Below are positions 52,576-64,000 of a stretch of 64,000 bases of DNA, piece by piece. Made by a program: the position numbers and the translations under genes. Source of the stretch: Octopus vulgaris (taxonomy: Eukaryota); contig OX597832.1 of the NCBI GenBank assembly GCA_951406725.2, positions 64,852,001 through 64,916,000 of the forward strand, in the 5' to 3' direction. The notes under the pieces were generated by a model. It saw only the letters and a program-made list of their open reading frames with translations. It was not told where the DNA came from and did no database searches. The first letter of the stretch is position 1. Each line of letters opens with the position of its first letter.

Positions 52576-52857
52576 AGAAAAGAAAGAATCATCAACAACA
52601 AAGCCGTCTTCATCATTCATAAAAGATTGACGAGCAGGAAAACGAAAATATACGTCGTAAAATATAACGAAATAATTTTGTCTCGACTCATTACTTATCT
52701 ATTCCTGGCCGATATCTCGATATTCTGAGTTCGTGTCTTGCTGAGGTCGACTTGCACTTTTCACTTTAAATTTATGTGTGTGTATGTGTATATATATATA
52801 TATATACGCGCGCATGCGCACATATATATTCATATATTCATATGCACTTATAAATGC

Positions 52858-52907
<50 letters not shown>

Positions 52908-53309
52908 ACATATATTTATAATCATTTATGCGTATATATATATATATAGATTACGTATATGAAGTGGTTCTTATTTGCATACATTATGTTCAAGCGCATA
53001 CATATATACGTGTGTGTGTGTGTGTGTGTGGATATACATAATACATAGCTGCACCTACAAGTACATAAATACTTTATAGTCTGAAGATATTTTCTTTCTA
53101 CTGGTTAATCCCAAGACATATCTATGACACACAGAGAATCGATTCGTATCTAAATGGCACCATCGTATTCTTCATGTGTTTTAAGAGATGGCGAGCGGGG
53201 TGAGGCCATGGGGGTGAGGGGTGCGAGTGATTTTAGATCCGTCTGAATATTTTCTGTTAGGTATTCAGAAATATATTTCTGAAGATTTAAAAAGATAAAG
53301 AACGTACTC

Positions 53310-53320
53310 TGAGAGAGAGC

Positions 53321-53400
<80 letters not shown>

Positions 53401-53840
53401 GAGAGATAATGAACAAGAAAGAGAGAGGTTGAGCGAGAGAAAGAGAGTGGGCGAGAGCGAGACAGAGAGACAGAAAGATAGACAGAAAGACTGAGAGAGA
53501 GGGGAGAAAGTGAGTGAGAGGGGACAAAGTAAGAGAGAGGGGAGAAAGTGAGCGAGAGGGGACAAAGTAAGAGAGAGGGGAGAAAAGTGAGAGAGAGAAA
53601 AAGAAAGTGAGAGAAAGGGAAAGTGAGAGAAAAGGAAAGTGAGAGAAAGCGACACAAAAAAATGTATAGAGAGAGTAAGAGAGATAGAGAGAGCGAGACA
53701 GATAGGTAGGGACAGATAAAGACAGAAAGAAAGAGAGAGCGAGACAGACCGACAGAGAGAAAGATAGCGAGAGAGAAAGAGAGGGGGGAGAGAGCGACAA
53801 AGAGATAGACAGAGAGATAGATAGATAAATAGATAGATAG
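53310..53840. repeat. Polypurine (GA)-rich tract with a 38-bp tandem duplication at ~53495-53590
   Basis: GAGAGAGGGGAGAAAGTGAG(T/C)GAGAGGGGACAAAGTAA twice, plus a partial third unit. Confidence 0.9.
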
Positions 53841-54207
53841 GGTGGTGGGGGTGGCCATCCGTGTAATTCTCTGTCTTTGAGTCACTTCGTAACTTCTGCC
53901 GCTTAAGATTTACACATACACATTTATAGGTACATAACTTGTGACGAGGGAGAGAATGAAATCAAAATTGAGAGGGAGGTATTGAGGAGGAGAGAGTGGG
54001 GATGAAAAAAGAGAGGGATATATAGAAAGTGTTATAGGGAGTGAGTCGCTCCTCGATTAATGTAAAAAAAATGATCGTCTTAAGACAGCTGCTTAGACAA
54101 GAAGTAACAAATTAACAACGCAAGTATTTGTAACTTCTGTCTTCAACATGCATCTCTCTCTCTCTCACTAGCGATATTGGATGTATCGAAGCGCAACTGG
54201 TAAAGCG

Positions 54208-54287
<80 letters not shown>

Positions 54288-54572
54288 GCAGGAGTGGTTG
54301 TGTTGTGAGTAGCTTACTTAGCAACCACATGGTTCCGGGTTCAGTTCCACTGCGCGGTAACTTGGGCAAGTGTCTTCTGCTATAGTTTCGGCCGACCAAA
54401 GCCTTGTGAGTGGATTTGGTAGACGGAAACTGAAAGAAGCTCGTCGTAAGATTTCTCTTGAATGAAAGAGTTCTAGTCCTGTAGAAGCTCCTTCTATATA
54501 ATAAATTAATTTTACTCTGCTATGTATTGAGTACCTTATTTACTGTGGTTAACCCCGAATCAACCCGGGACC

Positions 54573-54625
<53 letters not shown>

Positions 54626-54795
54626 GCATATGTTTGTGTGTCTGTGTTTACGCCTCCGTCACTTAGCGGTTCGGTACAAGAGACTAATAGAATACGTACT
54701 AGGCTTACAAAGAATAAGTCCTGGGGTCGATTTATTCGACTAAAGGCGGTGCTCCAGTATGGCCACTGTCAAATGACTGAAACATGTAAAGGAAT
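54288..54795 (+). mobile_element. SINE family A, head-insert-(TA)n-tail
   Basis: CAACCACATGGTTCCGGGTTCAGTTCCACTGCG...CTTGGGCAAGTGTCTTC...GGATTTGGTAGACGGAAACTGAAAGAAG; tail ACTTAGCGGTTCGG...GCTCCAGTATGGCC. Confidence 0.9.
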
Positions 54796-54924
54796 CAAAG
54801 AATATATTTATATCTTAATTACTGCCTGTATATATTTTTGATATTTTAAACAACACCGCCATCATCTTCATTTCTCTCTCTCTCTCTCTCCCTCTGTATG
54901 TGTATGTATGTGTGCGTGCCTTCT

Positions 54925-55287
54925 TGCTTCAGTGGTTAGACTGCGGTCATGCTGGAGCACCGCTTTGAATGATTGTTTTTTTATCGAACGAATGAATCTC
55001 AGTACTTTTCTTTCATAAAATCTGGTGCTTATTCTATCATTCTCTTTTGCCAAACTGCTAGAATACGAGGACGTAAAGACCCCAGCACCGGTGATGGGAC
55101 ACGCACACGCACACATGTATATACATGCACACACTTAACGCGCTTCTTTCATTTTCTGTCTACCAAATCCACTCATAAGGCTTTGGTCGGCCCGAGGTTA
55201 TAGAAGACACTTGCCCAAAGTGCCACGTAATGGGACTGAACCCGGAACCATGTGGATGGGAAGCAAACTTCCTATCGTACAGCCACG
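54925..55287 (-). mobile_element. SINE family A, full copy on the minus strand
   Basis: CTACCAAATCCACTCATAAGGCTTTGGTCGGCCCGAGG...GGGACTGAACCCGGAACCATGTGG. Confidence 0.9.
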
Positions 55288-55380
55288 ATATGCAACTGGT
55301 AAAGCACTCAGTACACACGTATAAGTAGATAAGAGTCACTTTTTAAGATCTTAGAAGCTTCACCGACCACATGATTCAAT

Positions 55381-55381
55381 G

Positions 55382-55446
<65 letters not shown>

Positions 55447-55615
55447 ACAGACAGACAGAGATAGCTGGCTTGATAAACAGAAAGAGAGAGAGGGAGATAA
55501 CTAGATATACAAACAGATAGACAGATAGAGATAGATAAGTAGAGAGATAAAGAGACGAATAGACAGACAGAGTTAGATACAGATAGAAAGATAGACAAAA
55601 AGACAGACAGATAGA
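55381..55615. repeat. (GATA)n/(GACA)n tract
   Basis: Direct reading. Confidence 0.93.
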
Positions 55616-56269
55616 TATTCCGACCTTTGTTCAGTTGTTTTTAACAAACATTCATATTAGATTTTCTAATGAATCGACATTTATTAATCACATCTTCCTG
55701 AAGATTCTCGTTGATTAATTTTTAATTATCCTTGGATTAGAGAGGAGAGAGAGAGAGAGGGGGGGAGAAAGAGAGAGGGAGAGAGAGGGGAGAAAAAGAA
55801 ATTATGAGAAAGTGAGAGTGGGGTAGACAGCAACAAAAATCTGGTTCGAATTAAAACTAATGAAGAAAAAACGCTTGTGCTGGATAGACCTGTTAGAAAT
55901 AGTAGTGAAGTCTGCAGCAAATCATCTCCAACATATGTCTGTAATAATTAGGATTGCATTACGCAACAGACATAATAATATGTCTGAATATAAGACAATG
56001 ATTAATACGGTTGAACTCTCTCAACTATTAATGTCGGCTAAGGCAGATGGAGTGAGAGGAGACAACAATAACAATATCGAAGCTGATTACAACAACAAGA
56101 TAAGCTGGTACTAAATTTAGTAATATAGCATAGATTAGATACATAATCTTTAATCCTATTGTTTGTATCGATTGATTTGAATAATTTTTGTTGGTCAATT
56201 CCATCTGATCACCTATCTGTTCAATTAAGTTTGATGTGTAGCACATCAACAACAGCATCGGATATATTC

Positions 56270-56895
56270 TTTTCTATTCTATTCACAAGGCCCGAAATTT
56301 TGGGGTAGGGGGCAAATCGGTTAGATCGACCCTAGTATGCAACTGGTACTTAATTTATCGACCCCGAAAGGGTGAAAGGCAAAGTCGATCGCGGAGAAAT
56401 TTGAACTTAGAACGTAAAGGCTAACGAAATACAGCTAAGCATTTCGCCCGGCGTGTTAACGTTCCTGACAGCCCGCCGCCTTAGCATCGGATATATTTAT
56501 TGCCCACTGTGGACTAAACATAAAGGGACAGACAGAGGGATTAAGTCGATAACATCGACCCCAATGCGTGACTGGTACTTATTTAATCGACCCCGAAAGG
56601 ATGAAAGACTAAGTCGACCACGGCGGAATTTGAACTCAGAACGTAGCGGCAGACGAAATACCTATTTCTTTACTGCTCACAAGAGGTTACACACAGAGGG
56701 GACAAACAAGGGCAGACAAACAGATTAAGTCGATTTTATTGACCCCAGTGCATAACTGGTACTTATTTAATCGACTCCGAAAGGATGAAAGGCAAAGTCG
56801 ACCTCAACAGAATTTGAACTCAGAACGTAGCGGCAAACGAAATACTGCTAAGCATTTCGCCCGTCGTGCTATCGATCCTGACCGCCTGCCGCCTT
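56270..56895 (-). mobile_element. Three tandem SINE family B-type copies with a repeated 15-bp target sequence
   Basis: Three ACTGGTACTT...TCGAC.CCGAAAGG.TGAAAG...AAGTCGA...TTTGAACT.AGAACGTA blocks; AGCATCGGATATATT at 56254, 56483 and 56896. Confidence 0.92.
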
Positions 56896-58028
56896 AGCAT
56901 CGGATATATTCTCGGCAACAATGCGATTTCTGTGAAAGTTTATTAGGGCGCGCAAGGAAACACACATCCACATACAAGTAACCGCAAATATAAACACAGA
57001 CCTGTATAAAATACTTATATACACCCATTTATCTATATCCATTTATGTTATATGAGTGTATAGACAATCAGGGTCATTTGATACCCTCTAATATTTCTCT
57101 CGTTCATTGTTTATGTGCATGAGCCTACTCCTCTATGTGTATGAAGAGAGGCAAAGTTGTGTTAATCGGTTTCAATAAAGAAATTGCAATGTCTATCTGA
57201 CCTTGGTGTCGGACCTGGTAGGACTGAGCGCAGGACTCCTTGATTGTGAAGTAGACTTCTTAATTATACAGCCTGCGTCTATAACCATGTCTGCACTTAG
57301 CAAACTGGAACGCTAATATACTCGATAGGAGAAGGAATTTGCTTCTAAGAGGAAACGTGATGCACCCAACTACAATCTCCCGTCTCTGCAACTGCAGAAG
57401 CTGCGATGTAGACATATGTATAAGCATATAGTTTCAAATCTTATTGTTATGTTTCATAACAAGAAGCAGGCATTGAACGATATTTTATATAGAAAAATCC
57501 AGGAGTATCTAGTTTAAAATCATTCTTGTGTTCCGGGGCCAAATAACGGTGTCATAAACAATAACTTCTGACACAATTCTGTTGGAGTTTGGAAGCAATA
57601 AAATAATAACACAAATAGATTTACGTTTCTTGTCAGAGTTTCTCGTTTGAAATGCATCGTTTTGTTGTTGTTGTTATAGTTTAGCTGCTGACCATCTTTG
57701 AACAGACATTTTTAGCAGTTTCAAACATAATGCTTTTTGTCTATTTTATAAGTATAGCATATCGAGGGCTACATTATCCAGTGTCTTATATTTTTAATTA
57801 ATGAGGGTGTAATTAGAAATATATATGGGGATCAGGGATTAATGCCAAATCTAATCAGTGGGAAAGGGTTTGGATTTAAATTGAAACCGAAAAAGAAGAG
57901 AAATATTAATGTACTTAGTATTAATTGATCAAAATTTCGATGAACGATCGAAGGAAAGAGTTTCAGTTTCTCGGACACGCAGTGTGCCTCGGTTAAGGTG
58001 TGTTATATGCCGGAATATTTGAATTGGT

Positions 58029-58068
<40 letters not shown>

Positions 58069-58718
58069 TTCATACGTATGTCACGAGCACTTTCCAAAAT
58101 TAAATCCTCAAAACACGAATATGCTGCAGAAAAATGTATGCACACACAAGCATAGCTATATCCAGTTAGCTGCAGTGAAAACTGATTGTTGGTATTAATC
58201 ATAAAAGAGACATAAAACCAAACCTTTTAGCTTTTAAAATTTTTGATAAAATGTTTAAATGAACGGCGATCATAAATATAAGTTGTTGGTATAATGGCTA
58301 CAGCACAATATTTAACTTAAACAAAAACTAAACAATATTTTCCTAAGAAAATAAAAAGAAATAATTAACTGTTAACGCGACACTTTTGAATATATTAATA
58401 AAAAAAAAATGTTATTATAATGGCCGCCGTTGCGGATTATCAGTTTTCCAAGCTGGGTTCACCATACGAAAGAGATGGGAACCGCTCTTACAGTAGAATT
58501 GCCGACAATAAAATCACTTGAGTGGCTCAAACAACAATGTTGCGCAAACTATCTCGAGAGGTCATCTTCCATTTTCATTTCTCGTGAAGCGGAGATCAAT
58601 AAAACTACAAAACTATTCAATCGGTTATAGTTCATATATTCTGAAAATTTGCTGATTGTGTCAATATGAGAAGGTGAGCGTGAGTATGTATGTGTGTGTC
58701 AGTGTGAGTGTATACACA

Positions 58719-58766
<48 letters not shown>

Positions 58767-61056
58767 ACGTTGCATGACCGAGCACTGCGTCACAATGTTC
58801 TAGTTTATATTCCTGATATTGAATTTAATTTATATCCTCATGAACTATTTTATTAAGATTTATGTTAGCCATGTTGTGCCAAAACAATATTTCTTTGTTC
58901 TTTTTCTTTCTTTCTGTTTTTGTTTGAATATGATGAATATGTCAGTAACAAGAGGTGACATTTGCGCTAATCTTCAGAGAGAAAAATTCTTTTCGGATGA
59001 AATTTAAAACAGTGAAAATACACAGACAACCTCGTGTACATTAGGTTGTGTTTCATACAGCAAAGAAGCAAGATCTACAGTCGTTCGAGCTATTCGAAAT
59101 AGTAACCATATCGGACCTGGATGTACACACTGCTGTCATAGAATAAAGGACAGATTAAATAATGTACAAGGTGCGACAGAAAACCTGCCTTAAAATTTTT
59201 TGCCTCACACGGCCGCTTGCGAAGTTAGGCAGTTGACAACAGTGTCTACATGTATCTTATGTTCCAGTTTCTTTTCTTATGATAGTTTGAAGCGGAGCTC
59301 ACATTTGTTTTTGAAATATTTACGAATAGTGTATCTGGGAGATTTTATCATACACCCCACCTTTTTTTGCATACTTTGTAGTTCTCTTGCGTTACTCTGC
59401 TTAACAGAAAACGAGAGGGACATTTATGGAATGCCGTTAATTCATGGGTTGTTACTAACTACAATTTCGATTCCTGTAAATAACTCACATAGTAGGATTT
59501 TAATAGCAACAGGAAATTAAAAAATGATATAAATTTTAGAATTATTATCCACAGTGTGGTCTACCTATCTAACCCAAATGCCTTGCATATGACACAATAT
59601 CGTCTTAGAATAGGATACGTTGGATGACACGGGACCTAGGTTCCTTGTATATAGGGAAATGAAGGGATCACCATGGCTAAGATACTTTCTTTCATAGGTC
59701 TAGTCGATCTCGGTTAACCTAGAGTTAAAGCAGCATACACCCCCCCAAAAAAAAAAACAGAAAACAAAAACAAAAACGAAAGTGGGTCTGTGCAAAGGAT
59801 TGAAACAAAATCTAGTAGCATATGAAGATACTAAGTTAAGTTATTCCCAATGTTGAAATGTTCATTTGCAGCTCCGATAATCCTTTCAACAAAGCTGTGG
59901 GACTTCCTAAAAGCACATGCACTTATGCGTTTATAAAAAGGCAACTTACAAAGGATTATATATACACACAAGCAAGCGAGCATGTGTATATAGTTACATA
60001 CACACATATACAAACAATATTTGCGCACGCACTAATGAGGGAAAGTAGGTGACCTCTTGTCCTGCTAGAAATAACTGTCAAATTTTTCCCATATCACAAC
60101 TTAACGTCTTAAAATATGAAAATATAAACTACTGGATTGTGTAGACAAGGTCAGTATGTCCCCTAGGAAGGATGGGGGTTTAATTCTGGGAGTAGGAAAG
60201 GATTTCAAACTAACTTGAGAAATTAGTATCTAAAATCAAAATGGCGTTATATTTGTTCAATGTTATGACGAACAAAGAGTTTTAAAGATGCAGAAACTTT
60301 TCTATTCAATAACAAGGAGGGAGGATTAGAGTAACATATGAAGATACTTTGGGGGTGGGGTGGGAGAGGGATGTATCTGAGGGTTTGTTAGTTTCAATAA
60401 CTAAGTAGAAGAAAATGCGATTGATCATAGCTGACCCAGGACTTCTGGGGTTAAACAACGCACTACACACACACACACACAAGCATATATATATAAGCAA
60501 ATCAAAATTAAACACAGGAAAGACAGCAAAAGTCAAACGGACGTACACAGTGTACGTATAGGACTGGCGCTCAGAGGAGTTTTAAAAGGGAAAAAAGTGA
60601 GGCTGTGACGTTACGAACATAGGTCTTCGTTAAAACGAGGTAAAAGGCCGGAGAGAAGGAAAGGAAGAATCCGAGAGAAGCATGTGTGTCGTTATATGGC
60701 TGAAATATAATATGTGTGTGTGTGTGTGTATTTAGATATACACACATAGTAAACACACTATTGTAAGTACACATAGCACATGTATATAGCCACATATATT
60801 GTATGAGCTTGCATGCATATCTTTCTATCTATCCATACACATAAAGTTATATATGTTAACATAGACTGCGACAGATTCACAAATGAAAAGCTATCTATAT
60901 AAATGTGTGTGCATATTTGTATGTATAAATATGAGAAGATGTGTGAGCGTACATATGTACATATCTGTGTGTACACACATACTTATTCTGTATTCCGTAG
61001 TTTTCATAAACTGATGTATGCATCGAAATAGATTTTATCACACCCACAACTATCTA

Positions 61057-61125
<69 letters not shown>

Positions 61126-62489
61126 CTTTTCTATTTTTTTATCTGTCTAAACACACGTTTATTCTTGAGTTAACTTTTACGAATGGCCTGCTCAAAAGCT
61201 TCTTACAATCGGGTACTTCATTTATCGTTTCCATTTTGTCGACTTGCTCAGTGTAACAAGAAATACATGTTTACACTGCTAAACATGCCTACACATACTG
61301 CTTCCTCAAAATTTCCATGCACCAAATTCAGCCACAAAACATTGGTAAACGCATGATAATAATAGAAATCACTTGTCTATGTTGCCGCGCATTTGGGTCG
61401 ATGGTCGGCCATGCACCTTTGTAGGGAAGTTCTGAACCACACAAATATGACTAAGTATATATGAACATGCACCATATATAGAATGTCCTCATGGGGACAC
61501 AGAGACAATTCTATATTCAAAGAAAAGGAGAGGAAGAGAAATAGTGACAGAGTAGAATCGTTAGAGCGCCGCGAATAGAAGTGGTGCCATTTGTGATATG
61601 TCTATATTCTGAGTTAAAATTCCGCAAAGGCCATCTTTGCCATTCATTCTCTGCGGCAGTCGATGGAATTTGGTACCAGTGATGTACTGGGTTAATGGCA
61701 TCGACTTTGCTCGTAATTCATGGTCATGTCTAAATCGGGAACGTTTATCATATTGGTCCTTGATCAAGGTTTCATAGCGAAACCTCAGAATTGGGAAAAG
61801 GCTAAATGGAGTCGCAATGAGGAGAGAGAGAGAGAGGGAGAGATACAGAGAGAGGGGGTGGAAGGAGAGCTGGGGGAAAAGGTGAGAGAGAAGGAGAAAG
61901 AAAATAGAGAGGGATATTGGAGGGAGACGGAGAGACGAGCGAGATGGAGGTAGAAAGGAAAAAGAGAGAGGGTCGGAGGTAGAAATGAGAGAGATAGAAA
62001 AGAGGAGGAGAAAAGAAAGAGAATGGAAAGAGAAAGAGGGGTATGGTTCGAGAATGATGGCCACTACGTAACTGGCAATGTAGCAATCTAGAATGGAAAG
62101 CAGTCTACCTCGGTAAGATTTTAATTCATGAGAGAAAGAGAGAAACTCTTATAAAATACAGCAAGTCCTGCTCTCCCCGATACTCTACCAACTCATTCGC
62201 CCACAGAGAAACATGTACAAAACCCATGTGCAGAGGCACGTCCACTTATATGTGTTTACAGAGATCTTCACATAATGCATTCATATATATATATGTGCGT
62301 GTGTGCTGTGTGGTAACCTTACAATCTTAATTTGTGCAATCGAGTTATTTATTCCCTGAGAGTGCTCTGCAACTAATTAGATTGGGGAGCTATGATCTAT
62401 GTCTTTCTGAAATTAATGAGCGGAAATAATGAATCTGGAACATACATAAAGAAAATGTTTCTGTCGCTATGTACATCTAGTGTGTGTGT

Positions 62490-62528
<39 letters not shown>

Positions 62529-63189
62529 CGTGTGTGTGTACGCGCATATATGAATCTCATACGTTGTGTATGAACGGATCGATGTATGGATCTTATGATT
62601 GATGATTCACGCCTGGAACTCGTTTTATGATACATAGGTCCGCGTGTTTAAGGCTGAGCTGGGACTTAGCTGCTGCTGGTGCTGCTGCTACTACATATGC
62701 TAACGCACATCGACACATACGCACACATAGCAGATAGCCACAGATGTATACTTTGAACAATATACAGTACTTATCAGCGAGTAAATAAGGGCGGCTGCGT
62801 GGTTACCCAGCATGCTGAAAGTAGTCCCAACATCTCCCTCAAGTTATACGCTACAGTCTCATAAAGAGAACGATTTATTAAATGATGCCATTATACACAC
62901 ACAAATGAGTTGACAAACGAAAGAAGCAGGCACTTAACACATTTAGTTGGGAGAAACATGTATTATCAAAAACAGTTTGATTCGGTTCCATGCAAGTTAC
63001 AGTTTCGTTGGCTCCTCACAGAAACCTAGTTCGTCGGTCAACGACTGCAACAAGAGTGTGTGTGTGTGTGTGTGCGTGCATGTGTATGTGTACGCGCGCG
63101 CTCGCACGCACTGCTGTATCAGCGCCAAGCAATATTTAAGCAGAAGCGAACTTTACGTTAAAATATGTTTGTGACATGTTGCAACTTGT

Positions 63190-63760
63190 ATGGGCAAATT
63201 TACTGCAGCAACCGTGGAGGAAAAAAACCTAAACATTCTCTAATCTGCCCAGTGGTGCCCTCTATCGGATTCCCACACCAATGAGAAATACCAAATATGG
63301 GAATCCGTCAGGATGCAACACTGCACGGATGAGGTGTTTTAATTCATTTTTGTCCTAAGAGAATTTTTTGCCTGCGGTAAACTGCAGTGAATTTCCCTTT
63401 AGAAGCTGAAATCTGTCAATAAACATTTTTGACTAAAGTTTGGTTATACCAAACCACAGCGGATACTGCTGAATTCCTTCCGTTCAGGCACTCCAATAGC
63501 GCAACTCAATGTTGTTGACTCCACTTTAGTTAAAGCTACAGCTGTATATCTGCCCAGAATTACCTCAATTGGGTTTCTACCATTGAGGAAGGCTGAAGAG
63601 CCAGGATCGCTGTGTCTGGGAATTCTATGAAGGGCAACACAGGGTAGACATTCTGTTTTTGCACTTGTTACTACAAGAGAGCTTTCCCTCCACTGTTACT
63701 GCACTAAATTCGACTTTAGAAGTTGATATCTGTCACAAATATTTAACTTTAGTTCGCACA
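63190..63760 (+). mobile_element. Hammerhead-delimited tandem element, locus 2
   Basis: Inverted partial unit ~63196-63275, collapsed HHR remnant ~63277-63297, 319-bp unit 63298-63616, HHR motif at 63583, partial next unit to ~63760. Colinear with 20850-21450. Confidence 0.68.
63572..63625 (+). ncRNA. Degenerate minimal type I hammerhead ribozyme motif
   Basis: TTCTACCA-TTGAGGA-A-GGCT(GAAG)AGCC-A-GGAT-CGCTGT-GTC^TGGGAAT. Stem II is perfect and a GUC triplet is present, but the GAAA box is mutated (likely inactive). Confidence 0.5.
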
Positions 63761-63761
63761 T

Positions 63762-63762
63762 C

Positions 63763-63810
<48 letters not shown>

Positions 63811-63821
63811 GTCTGTCTGCT

Positions 63822-63859
<38 letters not shown>

Positions 63860-63897
63860 TCTATCTGTCTATCTTCCCATCTATCTATCTATCTATC
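63762..63897. repeat. (TATC)n/(TGTC)n microsatellite
   Basis: Direct reading. Confidence 0.95.
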
Positions 63898-63914
63898 ACA
63901 TAACAATCTTGCCG

Positions 63915-64000
63915 CAGTCGTTGGCCTGCAGCCATGCTGGGGCATTTCCTTGAAGGGTTTAGTCGAACAAATCGACCCCAGTACTTATCTAAATTTGGTC
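63915..64000 (-). mobile_element. SINE family A tail, running off the window edge
   Basis: GCAGCCATGCTGGGGCA...TTGAAGGGTTTAGTCGAACAAATCGACCCCAGTAC is the reverse complement of the tails at 52490-52560 and 54715-54780. Confidence 0.75.

Noticed and set aside
56254-56910. Short repeats separated by spacers, CRISPR-like
   Set aside because: The context is eukaryotic, the spacers are SINE copies of 200-400 bp and there are no cas genes.

Overview
Eukaryotic, AT-rich, repeat-dense non-coding DNA (intron or intergenic). The SINE families and microsatellite load suggest an octopus or other coleoid cephalopod; this is inferred from pattern recognition, not a database search. No host protein-coding exon, rRNA or true tRNA gene could be supported, and nearly all long ORFs in the track are microsatellite artefacts. 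Content: dozens of tRNA-type SINE copies (at least 4 families, informally A-D), a decayed Tc1 transposase (25158-25862, -), an RTE-LINE 3' fragment (44033-44395, -), two Tc1/mariner MITEs, an orphan hAT end and many SSRs including a ~1.85 kb (TA)n tract. The most interesting signal is two related loci 42 kb apart (20850-21450 and 63190-63760). Each has ~300-320 bp tandem units delimited by minimal type I hammerhead-ribozyme (HHR) motifs, preceded by an inverted copy of the unit's 5' part that starts at the predicted cleavage site. This resembles a non-autonomous retrozyme or Penelope-derived element. An unrelated Penelope-type HHR remnant lies at ~52140. Several inverted-repeat arrangements could form long dsRNA. 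All alignments were made by eye and repeat boundaries are approximate.
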